Shown here: positions 51,097-59,482 of the stretch, in pieces
How the letters are laid out: every line of letters starts with the position of its first letter
Numbering within the stretch: position 1 is the stretch's first letter
DNA from: an uncultured delta proteobacterium
GTDB lineage: Bacteria; Myxococcota_A; Polyangia; Polyangiales; Polyangiaceae
Assembly (NCBI GenBank): GCA_963716725.1
Contig: CAVQUB010000005.1
Location: 448,001-512,000, forward strand
Direction: 5' to 3'
Length of the DNA stretch: 64,000 nucleotides
The notes under the pieces: generated by a model
Told to the model about the DNA's origin: nothing
The model's input: only the letters and a program-made list of their open reading frames with translations
Database searches by the model: none
Made by a program: the position numbers and the translations under genes

Positions 51097-52143
51097 CTAG
51101 TCGAAGCCTGGCGGCGCCACCGGGTGCTCGGGCCAGGCGGACAGGCGAGCCGCGGACGGTCCGGGAGTGGCCGTCGGATCGAGCAGTCCGTAGCGGCGCC
51201 ACCCGATCCGCAACAGCCCGACGCGCGGCGGCTGGATCCCCGTAGGCAGCTCGACGCATGGGTCGCGATCCAAGGCGAGCGCGCGCACCAGCCCCCGCGT
51301 CGATCTCCAGCCGTCGAAGTGTCGTGCTGACGAGAATGGGTCGAGGAAGTCGGTTGGCAGTTGCCTGCCCACCTGCGCTTGATGCCGCCGGAAGTTGGCC
51401 AGCACGTAAAGCAAAGCACTCCGCACCTCGAGCGGTGTCCGAAGCGGACGAGCGTAGTACCGACCCGTGAATACAGGGCCACGCGTTCCCATGAGCGCGT
51501 TTAGGCCGCGCGCAATCCGAACACAGAGGCCTTTCATTGCCCGCGAGAGGGCGACTCGATCCGGAGCTTCGGCGATCAGGTGCAAGTGGTTGCCCTGCAC
51601 GGAGTAGTGCACCAAGCGAAACCCGAACCGTTCGCAGCTCCCCGCAAACGCACGGCGCAGCGCCTTCAGACCACGTTTGCTGCGCAAGTTCCAGACGCGG
51701 TCGAGCACGCGAAGCGTTACATGGACCGGGTGCGCCGATCGATGCGCCGGGCGCTCTCGGTGAGGCACGGGGCGACGTGCCCCCGGCTTGCGACCGGCGC
51801 CCGCGCGGCGCCCGCCGTGACCGTGACCAGGATCGCCCGTGCGATCGGCCTGCGCGCGGCGCCTGTCGTGTCCGGAGTCGCCTGCGCGCCCGGAGTCGCG
51901 TGCGCGCCCAGAATCGCCTGCGCGCCTGGAATCGCCTGCGCGCCTGGAATCGCCTGCGCGCCCGGAATCGCCTGCGCGCCTGGAATCGCCTGCGCGCCCG
52001 AAGTCGCCTGCGCGCCTGGAATCGCCTGCGCGCGCGCTCGGGGGCGGCCCCGAGTCGCCGGATCGCCTGCGCGAAGGGCGGACTGGAGCCGAGCGAGCGG
52101 CATTCAGACGGGCCGACGGCCGAGTTGGAGACGGATTCACCAC
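51097..52143 (-). mobile_element. RAYT-like (REP-associated) HUH Y1 tyrosine transposase; start uncertain
   Basis: GGRRAGAGRKP, PVHVTLRV, YSVQGNHLHLIAEA (HUH at 51580-51588), VFTGRYYARPL, LLYVLAN (Tyr at 51406-51408), DPFSSA..FDGW. GTG candidates at 52140 and 52143; the frame stays open to 52527. Confidence 0.85.
51874..52035 (+). repeat. Array B: 9 x 18-bp tandem repeat GGA(A/G)TCGCCTGCGCGCC(C/T)
   Basis: Nine contiguous units counted from 51874. Confidence 0.95.
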
Positions 52144-52207
52144 TTGATTAGGGCGGACATTAGCGCCGCCGGCGCCATCTCGCAAGCCCAGAGTGACCGG
52201 CCCAGCG

Positions 52208-52540
52208 TGAGTCGGGTGCGAGCCCTGAGCCGAGTGCGAGCCCTGAGCCGAGTGCGAGCCCTGAGCCGGGTGCGAGCCGTGGGTCGGGTGCGAGCCGTGA
52301 GCCGGGTGCGAGCCGTGAGCCGAGTGCGAGCCCTGAGCCGAGTGCGAGCCCTGAGCCGAGTGCGAGCCCTGAGCCGAGTGCGAGCCCTGAGCCGAGTGCG
52401 AGCCCTGAGCCGAGTGCGAGCCCTGAGCCGAGTGCGAGCCCTGAGCCGAGTGCGAGCCCTGAGCCGAGTGCAAGCCGTGAGCCGCGTGCGAGCCCTGAGC
52501 CGCGTGCGAGCCCTGAGCCGCGTGCAAGCCGTGAGCCGCG
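52208..52540 (+). repeat. Array C: 18.5 x 18-bp tandem repeat TGAGCCGAGTGCGAGCCC
   Basis: Units start at 52208+18k up to 52514, plus a partial unit; the central copies are identical. Confidence 0.96.
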
Positions 52541-52558
52541 AGCCGCGGGTCGGTTGCG

Positions 52559-53555
52559 TCAGCGCCGTGCGAGCACCCGCGAGATACTCGGGACGACGTC
52601 TGCCCGGCCGGCCATCAACATGTTGAGCTCGACCGATCCGCAGAATCCGCAACCGGCGCAATCGAATCCAGGCAGCTCGCTCAGGGCGCGAGCCACGCCG
52701 TGGGTCCGGACGTTCGGTGCCGGCGCGTCGTATCGGATGCGATCGCAGGGCACAACGTCGCCGTTGGCTTCGATCATCGCGAATACCCGCCCCGCCCAGC
52801 AGTCGAGTCCGCGAATCGCTGGCCAACTCGCGATGTGTCGGAGCCCCCCCAGGCTGTTGCGCAGGCGGCGCGGGTCGCGGAGCTTGGTCCGAACGAGCAG
52901 CGCGATGGCGCGGCGATAGTCGCTGGCGTCCGGAAAGAGGTCCTCGCAAACCCGGTCGGCCGAGTGCTCGGTGGCCATCACGGGCTGGAAGGCCACGAAC
53001 GTGTCGTGCTTCCGGGCGAGTTCGATCGCGAACGGGATTTCGGAGAGGTTCTCGCGGGTCATGGTGAAGGCGAACGAGAACTTCACGCCCAGCTCCTTCA
53101 AGACGGCGATGCCGCTCGTGAGCTCGGCGAACGCACCCGGTCGGTCGCGGATGTGGTCGTGCACCGGCGGGCTGCCATCCAGCGAGAGCTTCACCAGTTC
53201 GAGCGGGCGAAGCGCAGCTCGTCGTTCCGAGAACAAGTAGCCCGTGGAGTTGAGCTCGGTGGCGATGCCTTGGTCGACCGCGGCGCGGACTATCTCTGCG
53301 AGATTCTCGGCGCAACGTTGGCTCTCCGCCGGAGAGCGAGAGGCGCCGGGCCCCGAGCCGCGACAGATCCGCGATCACGGTGCGCCATTCTTCGGTCGAG
53401 AGTTCCTCGGTTGGGGTCGACCAAAAGGAGCAAAACCGGCAGCGCGAATGGCAGCGATTGTTCAAGTTGATGCGGACGGCAACGGGAATGCGGCGCCCCA
53501 GGGCACGAACCTTCGCCATGTCGACCAGGGCAGCGACCTTGTCCGAGGCCCTCAT
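52559..53555 (-). CDS. Radical SAM protein with Twitch/SPASM-like C-terminus (apparent frameshift near 53307)
   Basis: CHSRCRFC and SGGEPTLR in one frame; continues NLAEIV...ELNSTG...LSLDG...CWAG...NGDVVPC...CAGCGFC in the next. Confidence 0.85.
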
Positions 53556-55309
53556 TGTCCTGCGGGCCTGCGCGTGGTGCTCGCCAACGCCAACGCGGGC
53601 GCGCGCAGGCCGTCGAAGAAGGTCTGGTAGCGCCCGAACGCAGGCACGGAGCCGCCGCGCGTGGGGCCGAGCTCGGCCACTCGATCCCGTGTCAGCGCGG
53701 GATCGGGCCCAGCACGCTGGGCCTCCTCGCGGGCCAGCGTGAGCGCGCCGCCGAGCCCGCCGCCGCGGGCAAACACGCCATGCCGCGCGCCGGGGCTGGC
53801 GACCGTGATCGCCGCTTCCGCGAAGGTCATCAGCGCACGGGCCAACCGGCGTGCGATCCCCGCCGTCGTCGCCGGCCTGAGGGGCCGCAGCGCGAGTTGC
53901 GCGCCGACGCGCGCGTAGCGGCCCAGTTCCTCGAGGCTCTGAACGCGCCGCAGCATCGAGAGCGCATAGCGCGGTCGCGAATAGAAACGCAGGTACGCTC
54001 GCCGCGCCATGTGTTCGAGTTCGGCGCGCTCGAGCTTCGTCCACGGGGTGGGGAGCAGGTGCTCGCCCACGCGCCCCGCCACGTACTCGCGCCAATAGTC
54101 GATGCCGAGTTCCTCGATGACGTGGCGCCGTTCGAGTTCGGTATGGGGCTTGATGACGGCGATCTGGTACTGCGCGTAGGCGAGCGGCAACGACAGCGAC
54201 AAATCCACGGTGCGGCGCACGCTCGCCCTCGTGTCGCCGGGCGCTCCGAGAATGAAGAATCCCAGCGCCATGATGCCCGCTTCGTGGACCACGGCCAGCG
54301 TCTTTCCCAGATTCGTGGAGGCAGACTGACCTTTCATCATGTGCTTGAGCACGTCGTCGTCGCCGCTCTCGATGCCGAAGTAGATCCGCCGACATCCGCC
54401 CTCCGAGAGCGTTTCGATGAGTTCGTGGTCCGCGCCGCTCTTGCTGCCGTGGAAACTCAGGGAATCCACCCGGGAACGACATGACCAGATGACGTCGAGC
54501 TTGCGGCGTCGCACTTCACGGGCAATGTCCAGAGCGCGCTGACGGTCATGGAGCATCAAGGGGTCGAACCAGTCGATCTCGCGAATGCCGAGCGCGATGC
54601 ACTCTTGCATCTCGTCGACCACTTGTTCAGCTGTGCGAGCGTCCCACCCGCTCTGCCGCATGCAGCAGAATGTGCACGGGTACGGGCAGCCAATCTCGCT
54701 CATGCCGACGGTGAAGCTCCTGCGCTGCGAGACGTGGGAGTAGTAAAGACGATTGTCGAAGATGCTCCGATCCGGGGTCGGGTAGTCCCGGAAACGTCGG
54801 CGCTCGCCCGCGAAGGTGTGCCGAAGCTCGCCGCCGCGTCGCCAGAACAAATCCGCGACCTGCTCGTAGCCGCGGCCTCGTTCGAACGCGGGCAAGAAGG
54901 CCGGCAAGAAGTCGTGCCCCTCGGCGCCGCACAGGTAGTCGAAGCCGCCTTGGTCGACGATCTCGTGGGGAAATGCCTTGGCTTCGTAGCCGCCCACCAG
55001 CGTGGGCAGCCCGGTACGCTGCTTGATGGGCTTCGACCATGCGTACAGGTCGCGAATGGTCTGACAGGCGTGGGCGGAGAACGCCACGAGGTCGGGGCTG
55101 AACTCCGAGATCTCCCGCACGACTTGGTCGAGGGACTTCTTCTCGGCGGGCGCGTCCCAGAGGCGGACCTGCCAGCCGGCGGCCTTCGCGCCGCGCGCCG
55201 CCCATCCGAAGCCGATGTGCGGGAACAAACCGAACTCGTCATCGACGGTCGGCAGGTTCTCGTTGAACGACTTGGCGAAAAACGGGGGGTAGACGAGGGC
55301 GAGCTTCAC
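53552..55309 (-). CDS. Cobalamin-binding radical SAM protein (class B methyltransferase-like)
   Basis: N-terminal B12-binding-like domain (LVYPP, PDLVAFS, LVGG); GCPYPCTFC, FGIESG, FILGAPGDT. Confidence 0.9.
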   Translation of the reverse strand: MKLALVYPPFFAKSFNENLPTVDDEFGLFPHIGFGWAARGAKAAGWQVRLWDAPAEKKSLDQVVREISEFSPDLVAFSAHACQTIRDLYAWSKPIKQRTGLPTLVGGYEAKAFPHEIVDQGGFDYLCGAEGHDFLPAFLPAFERGRGYEQVADLFWRRGGELRHTFAGERRRFRDYPTPDRSIFDNRLYYSHVSQRRSFTVGMSEIGCPYPCTFCCMRQSGWDARTAEQVVDEMQECIALGIREIDWFDPLMLHDRQRALDIAREVRRRKLDVIWSCRSRVDSLSFHGSKSGADHELIETLSEGGCRRIYFGIESGDDDVLKHMMKGQSASTNLGKTLAVVHEAGIMALGFFILGAPGDTRASVRRTVDLSLSLPLAYAQYQIAVIKPHTELERRHVIEELGIDYWREYVAGRVGEHLLPTPWTKLERAELEHMARRAYLRFYSRPRYALSMLRRVQSLEELGRYARVGAQLALRPLRPATTAGIARRLARALMTFAEAAITVASPGARHGVFARGGGLGGALTLAREEAQRAGPDPALTRDRVAELGPTRGGSVPAFGRYQTFFDGLRAPALALASTTRRPAGQ

Positions 55310-55324
55310 GAGTCGACCGTGCGC

Positions 55325-56044
55325 TCAGCGTACACTGGGCCGGGGCGCTGCGCTTGGTGCTCGGCGGCCGAGCTCGCGGAGCGCGCGAATGGCCACCAGC
55401 GCCCAAGCCGCGTAAAACGCGACCTGAAAGAAGCCCAGCGCGCCGCCGATGGCATCGCCCGCGCCGGCGCGAGGAACGTAGCCGAGCCCTCGTTCCAGCA
55501 GCGGAAGGCCGTCGATTACCACCGTTACGATCGCTGCCACGAAGAATGAAACGCCTTCGACGGTGTGCGAACTCGCGGGTGAGCACCGCGCCCACAGCGC
55601 CCGAACCCGGGCAAATGGCAGCAAGGGAAGCCCAAAGAACAACACCATTGGGCTGCTCATCCAGATCAGCGCCCAACCCAGCACCGAAGCGTGGGTCGCC
55701 TGAGCGTTGTGAAAGTTGGGCGAGCCGCCGGTGATCGTTGCGACCAAGCTGTGTCCCAGGTCGAGGCCGTACACCGCGCCCCAGTCGATCTCCTCTTGGA
55801 ATGTCGCCGTCAGGTAGACGACCACTGCCATCGCCAACCCGCGGGCCGCGCCCGCCGCCCGGGCCGCCACCCAGAGCCACAGCGTGGTTGTCAGCGCCAG
55901 CAGCAGGTGCCCAGCGTGCTCAATGGGTCCCTCCTTCGCCGCGAGGCGAAGCCAGAGCTCCGGCGCCGCGAGCACCACGGCGAAGTACATTGCGACCATC
56001 GCAGTGAACAGCTTTGCGAACGGCAGGTCGAAGAGCCTTCGCAT
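55325..56044 (-). CDS. Uncharacterised multi-pass membrane protein (EEIxWG...NxHN motif)
   Basis: KEGPIEH, QEEIDWG, NFHN; about six TM segments. Confidence 0.65.
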   Translation of the reverse strand: MRRLFDLPFAKLFTAMVAMYFAVVLAAPELWLRLAAKEGPIEHAGHLLLALTTTLWLWVAARAAGAARGLAMAVVVYLTATFQEEIDWGAVYGLDLGHSLVATITGGSPNFHNAQATHASVLGWALIWMSSPMVLFFGLPLLPFARVRALWARCSPASSHTVEGVSFFVAAIVTVVIDGLPLLERGLGYVPRAGAGDAIGGALGFFQVAFYAAWALVAIRALRELGRRAPSAAPRPSVR

Positions 56045-56104
56045 CTGAAGGCCGGCATTCTACAGCGGTTCGCACCCAAGGGAACGCTGACGTACAGTCG
56101 ACTG

Positions 56105-57121
56105 ATGTCGCTCCGGACCACGCTCGGCAGTGCGGCACGCTTCGGAGCCGCCTCGGTCTTGGGTCGGCCACAGCTCTTGGGTTTGGGCTGGTCGATCACC
56201 CGGATCTGCAACGCCCGTTGCACTTTTTGCAGCCGGCATGGCGGCCCCGGAGGGCCGCCCACCGCTCTGGCCCTGGGCTTGATCGATCAGCTGGCAGAGC
56301 TCGGGTGTCGGCGCGTGCATTTTACGGGCGGCGAGCCGCTGACGCGGAGCGATCTTCCGGACCTGCTGCGTCGCGTTCGATCGCGCGGCATGACCAGCAG
56401 CGTGAATACCAACGGCACGTTGGTGGCCGAACGCAGCGACGTGGTGCGGGACGCGGGGTCCTTCTTGGTCAGCGTCGACGGGCCCCGAGCCATCCATGAC
56501 CAGTATCGCGGCGCGGGAGCCTTCTCGCGCCTCGTCACCGGGCTCGGCGTGCTCGCCCGAGCGCAGAAGCCCATACTGCTCTCGGTCACCTTCTTCGACT
56601 TCAACCTCGAACAGATGCCGTTCTTCTTGGAACTCGCGCAGCGTTTCGGCGCCCGCCTGGTGCTCCAGCCGGGGGCCACTCACGTGCTCGGATCGACCGA
56701 ACCGAACCCCGTAGCACCTAACGTCGAGCGCTACCGCGCGTTGCTCGCATCGCTGCTGGACGATCCCCAGGCGCTGGGGCTCGTGTGGAACTCTGCGCGT
56801 GGACTTCGTGAGCTCGCGCGATTCCCGGAGCAGCACCGACTACGCACCCACGCCGGCCGCATCACCGCACGCCTGGAAGCGGATGGGCGCCTCTTTCCGT
56901 GCTCTCGCAGCGTGAACGATCCAGCGGCACTGCCTGCCCCCGACGCCTTCGAACTCGGGATGCGCGAGGCCTTCCGACGGTTGCCGCGAATCGACTGCTC
57001 CGGTCACGTCTGCCAGTGCGCCAACAACGTCGAAAAGAGCCTGCTCTACGCCCTCGACCCCGGCGCCTGGTACGACGCCGCGACGCGCCGATTTGCCGAG
57101 ATGCGCCGGATGGCTGGGTGA
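56105..57121 (+). CDS. Radical SAM protein with Twitch/SPASM-like C-terminus
   Basis: CNARCTFC, TGGEPL, NTNG, VSVDG, DGRLFPC. Confidence 0.9.
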   Translation: MSLRTTLGSAARFGAASVLGRPQLLGLGWSITRICNARCTFCSRHGGPGGPPTALALGLIDQLAELGCRRVHFTGGEPLTRSDLPDLLRRVRSRGMTSSVNTNGTLVAERSDVVRDAGSFLVSVDGPRAIHDQYRGAGAFSRLVTGLGVLARAQKPILLSVTFFDFNLEQMPFFLELAQRFGARLVLQPGATHVLGSTEPNPVAPNVERYRALLASLLDDPQALGLVWNSARGLRELARFPEQHRLRTHAGRITARLEADGRLFPCSRSVNDPAALPAPDAFELGMREAFRRLPRIDCSGHVCQCANNVEKSLLYALDPGAWYDAATRRFAEMRRMAG

Positions 57122-57966
57122 CGCCCCACCGATCTCGTGGGTGGCACTTGGCCGTGGCCGTCGGGGTGTCGGCCGGGCTGCTTTGGCTTATCGCGACCCA
57201 GGTCGACGTGCATCGAGTTTCAGCGGTCCTTGGCGCAGCCGACGCTTGGCTGATCGCCTCGGCCGTCGTCGCGGCGCTGTTCGTCAATCTACCGCTCTCG
57301 GCGCTCTCACTCGAGCGCGCGCTCGCCGCTCACGGCGTGAAGCTTTCCTTGGGCGCCGCCCTGGGCGCAACCGTGGGCCACCTGGCGCTGCACGCGGGTG
57401 GGACCGCGGTGGTGGGGAAGGCCGCGCGGGCGCTGTACTTGTCGAAGGCTCACGGAGTGGAGGCGGCAGCTGCGGTTCGCGCGGAGGTGACGCTTCTCGT
57501 GATCAAGCTGGCGGCGTTGTTGGTGCTGGCTGCTGCTGGAGCGGCGCTCGCGCGCGCGTGGTGGAGCGCGCCCTGCTTGGTGCTGGTGCTCGGCGCACTC
57601 GTGGCGTGGGGCGAGCGTCGAGGCGCCCGCGCGGCTGCGCTGTCGGGGGCGTTCGCCTGCGCGCTCGCGATGGGGATGGGGCAGCTCGTGGTCTTCACGC
57701 TCGCCCTCCGATCGCTGGACGTGACGCTGCCCGTCATCCAAGTGCTCGGCCTGTTCCCGCTATGTCTCGTGGGCGCCAAGCTCCCCGTTTCGTTGATGGG
57801 ACTCGGCGTCCGCGAGGCGCTGGTATTGCTGATGTTTCGCGGCAGCGTGCCGGCCGAGGCGCTGCTCGGCGCGACGCTGCTGTTCAGTTTGACCGAGCAA
57901 GTCTTGCCAGGTCTGCTTGGTCTTGGGTTTTCACCGCGTTTCGTCGCACGCACGCTGCGCGGCTGA
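57118..57966 (+). CDS. Lysylphosphatidylglycerol synthase TM / flippase-like (UPF0104) membrane protein
   Basis: GKAARALYL, LPVSLMGLGVREA; GTGA overlap with the radical SAM gene. Confidence 0.78.
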   Translation: MTPHRSRGWHLAVAVGVSAGLLWLIATQVDVHRVSAVLGAADAWLIASAVVAALFVNLPLSALSLERALAAHGVKLSLGAALGATVGHLALHAGGTAVVGKAARALYLSKAHGVEAAAAVRAEVTLLVIKLAALLVLAAAGAALARAWWSAPCLVLVLGALVAWGERRGARAAALSGAFACALAMGMGQLVVFTLALRSLDVTLPVIQVLGLFPLCLVGAKLPVSLMGLGVREALVLLMFRGSVPAEALLGATLLFSLTEQVLPGLLGLGFSPRFVARTLRG

Positions 57967-57967
57967 C

Positions 57968-58651
57968 TCAGCCGAGCAGCGCTTCGATTGCACCGGGCTG
58001 GTCGAGATCGCGGAACACGAAGTGAGCGCCACGAGTCCGCAGCACCTCGAGTTCTTCGCCGCCGGTGCCTACCGCGACGACGTCGGCTCCGATGGCCAGA
58101 CCTGCGTCGACGTCTCTCACGGTGTCGCCGATGACGACCACACGGCACTCGCCGGGAGGGCGGCCGAACAGCTCCGCTCCGCGCTCGGCGCCGGTCCGCA
58201 ACAGCTGCGCTCGGTCCTCGTGGTCGCAACCAAAGCCCCCGAACGCAAAACGTTCGTAGAGCTCCACCTTCGACAGCTTGATCCGTGCGCCGCGGCGTAG
58301 GTTTCCGGTGCCGAGCCCGATGGCCGTGTGGTCGGCCCCGAGCGCCGCGTCCAACGCCCGAATGATGCCCGGGTACACCGCGTACTCGGTCGCCGAGCTT
58401 ACCTCCTGCTCGAGAAGCCCGACGTAGAGAGATAGTAGTCGCTCGATGCTGGCGTCGTCGTCGTCGTGCCCGACGTGAACGAGCCCCGCCCGCACGATGG
58501 CGCGATCGGTCATGCCTGCAAAGGGGAAGTGCGTGGCGTCCCCGCGCCCCGTCAATACCTCGAAGGCGCGATCCATCGCGCGTCGCCCGGCGCCGCCCGT
58601 CGTGACGAGCGTGCCATCGATGTCGAAGAGCAGAACCGTGTGCGCGCGCAA
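57968..58651 (-). CDS. HAD-superfamily hydrolase (phosphatase)
   Basis: LFDIDGTL, LGTGN, VIGDTVRD. Confidence 0.92.
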   Translation of the reverse strand: MRAHTVLLFDIDGTLVTTGGAGRRAMDRAFEVLTGRGDATHFPFAGMTDRAIVRAGLVHVGHDDDDASIERLLSLYVGLLEQEVSSATEYAVYPGIIRALDAALGADHTAIGLGTGNLRRGARIKLSKVELYERFAFGGFGCDHEDRAQLLRTGAERGAELFGRPPGECRVVVIGDTVRDVDAGLAIGADVVAVGTGGEELEVLRTRGAHFVFRDLDQPGAIEALLG

Positions 58652-58676
58652 GCCAGCATGATAGCTTCATCTCGCG

Positions 58677-59063
58677 ATGGAGATGTTCAGAGAGTGTGGC
58701 TGGCCCGCGTTCGTCGTGCTGGCCTTGGCGATGGTCGCCGTGCTCGTCGGGATGGTCGCTCTCGGTGTCGCGATCGCTCGTCCTCGCGCCGGTCTGATCC
58801 TGGGCGTGGTCGCGCTGGCGACCTCCTGCTCCGTAGCGGCGATGGGAGCCGGGGGGACGGTCATCGGCAAAAACGCCACCGACCGAGCGTTGTCAGGGGC
58901 CGGCGTGAACCCGGAGCAGCGCGAGCGGATCCGCGTGGTGGGTTATGCGGAAGCGGGCCAGTGCACCAGTTTGGGCGCGGGTTTCGGCGCCTTGCCGCTG
59001 GTACTGGCAGCGGCTGCCATTGTTGTGGGGTTGTTGCGCAAGAAGTCCGCGTTCGCTCAGTAG
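58677..59063 (+). CDS. Small membrane protein (3 TM)
   Basis: Hydrophobic ORF starting MEMFRECGWPAF; divergent from the HAD gene. Confidence 0.65.
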   Translation: MEMFRECGWPAFVVLALAMVAVLVGMVALGVAIARPRAGLILGVVALATSCSVAAMGAGGTVIGKNATDRALSGAGVNPEQRERIRVVGYAEAGQCTSLGAGFGALPLVLAAAAIVVGLLRKKSAFAQ

Positions 59064-59458
59064 CCGACGTCGTCCTTGGGCAACGGTTTCAGTCCCGAGC
59101 CCAGCGGCGGATATCCTGGTGGCGTGGTCGTCAGCGGCACGGCGGTGGGGTAGGGCGCGGTGGAGGACCCGTAGGGTGTCGGCGCGAGATCGATTCGAGG
59201 CGCCCAGCCCGACTGCAGCGCGGCCTGCCCCGGCCCGCGGCAGCGGAGCAAAAAGCTCTCGCGATCGGAGTGGGTGCGGGACAAGTCGTACCCCGTCGGA
59301 CAGCGTTCGCCCGCGAGTTGGTAACAACGCGCCTCCTGGCCCTTGCAGCTCAAATGGAACATGCGCGAGCCATCCGGCCCCACGATGGGCGAGACCGTCG
59401 CTTCGACGGCGCACGATAGGGCCAACGAACACATGATCGCTGCGGCGAGGCTGCGCAC
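59057..59458 (-). CDS. Small Cys-containing lipoprotein
   Basis: LALSC lipobox; GPDG...C...CYQLAGERCPTGY. Confidence 0.65.
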   Translation of the reverse strand: MRSLAAAIMCSLALSCAVEATVSPIVGPDGSRMFHLSCKGQEARCYQLAGERCPTGYDLSRTHSDRESFLLRCRGPGQAALQSGWAPRIDLAPTPYGSSTAPYPTAVPLTTTPPGYPPLGSGLKPLPKDDVGY

Positions 59459-59482
59459 AGGCGCAGTCTACCACGAGTCGAT

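Noticed and set aside
51097..52143. Canonical IS200/IS605 element
   Set aside because: No tnpB and no subterminal hairpins seen; the protein has RAYT-like N- and C-terminal extensions.
51874..52540. CRISPR array
   Set aside because: Units are contiguous 18-mers without unique spacers, and there are no cas genes in the window.
51580..52626. Plus-strand ORF with PGIACA and RVRALS repeats
   Set aside because: Antisense to the transposase; open only because the repeats lack stops.
52137..54482. 781-aa ORF as a single gene
   Set aside because: Only 53555 to about 53307 is coding (radical SAM N-half); the rest is shadow frame and repeat read-through.
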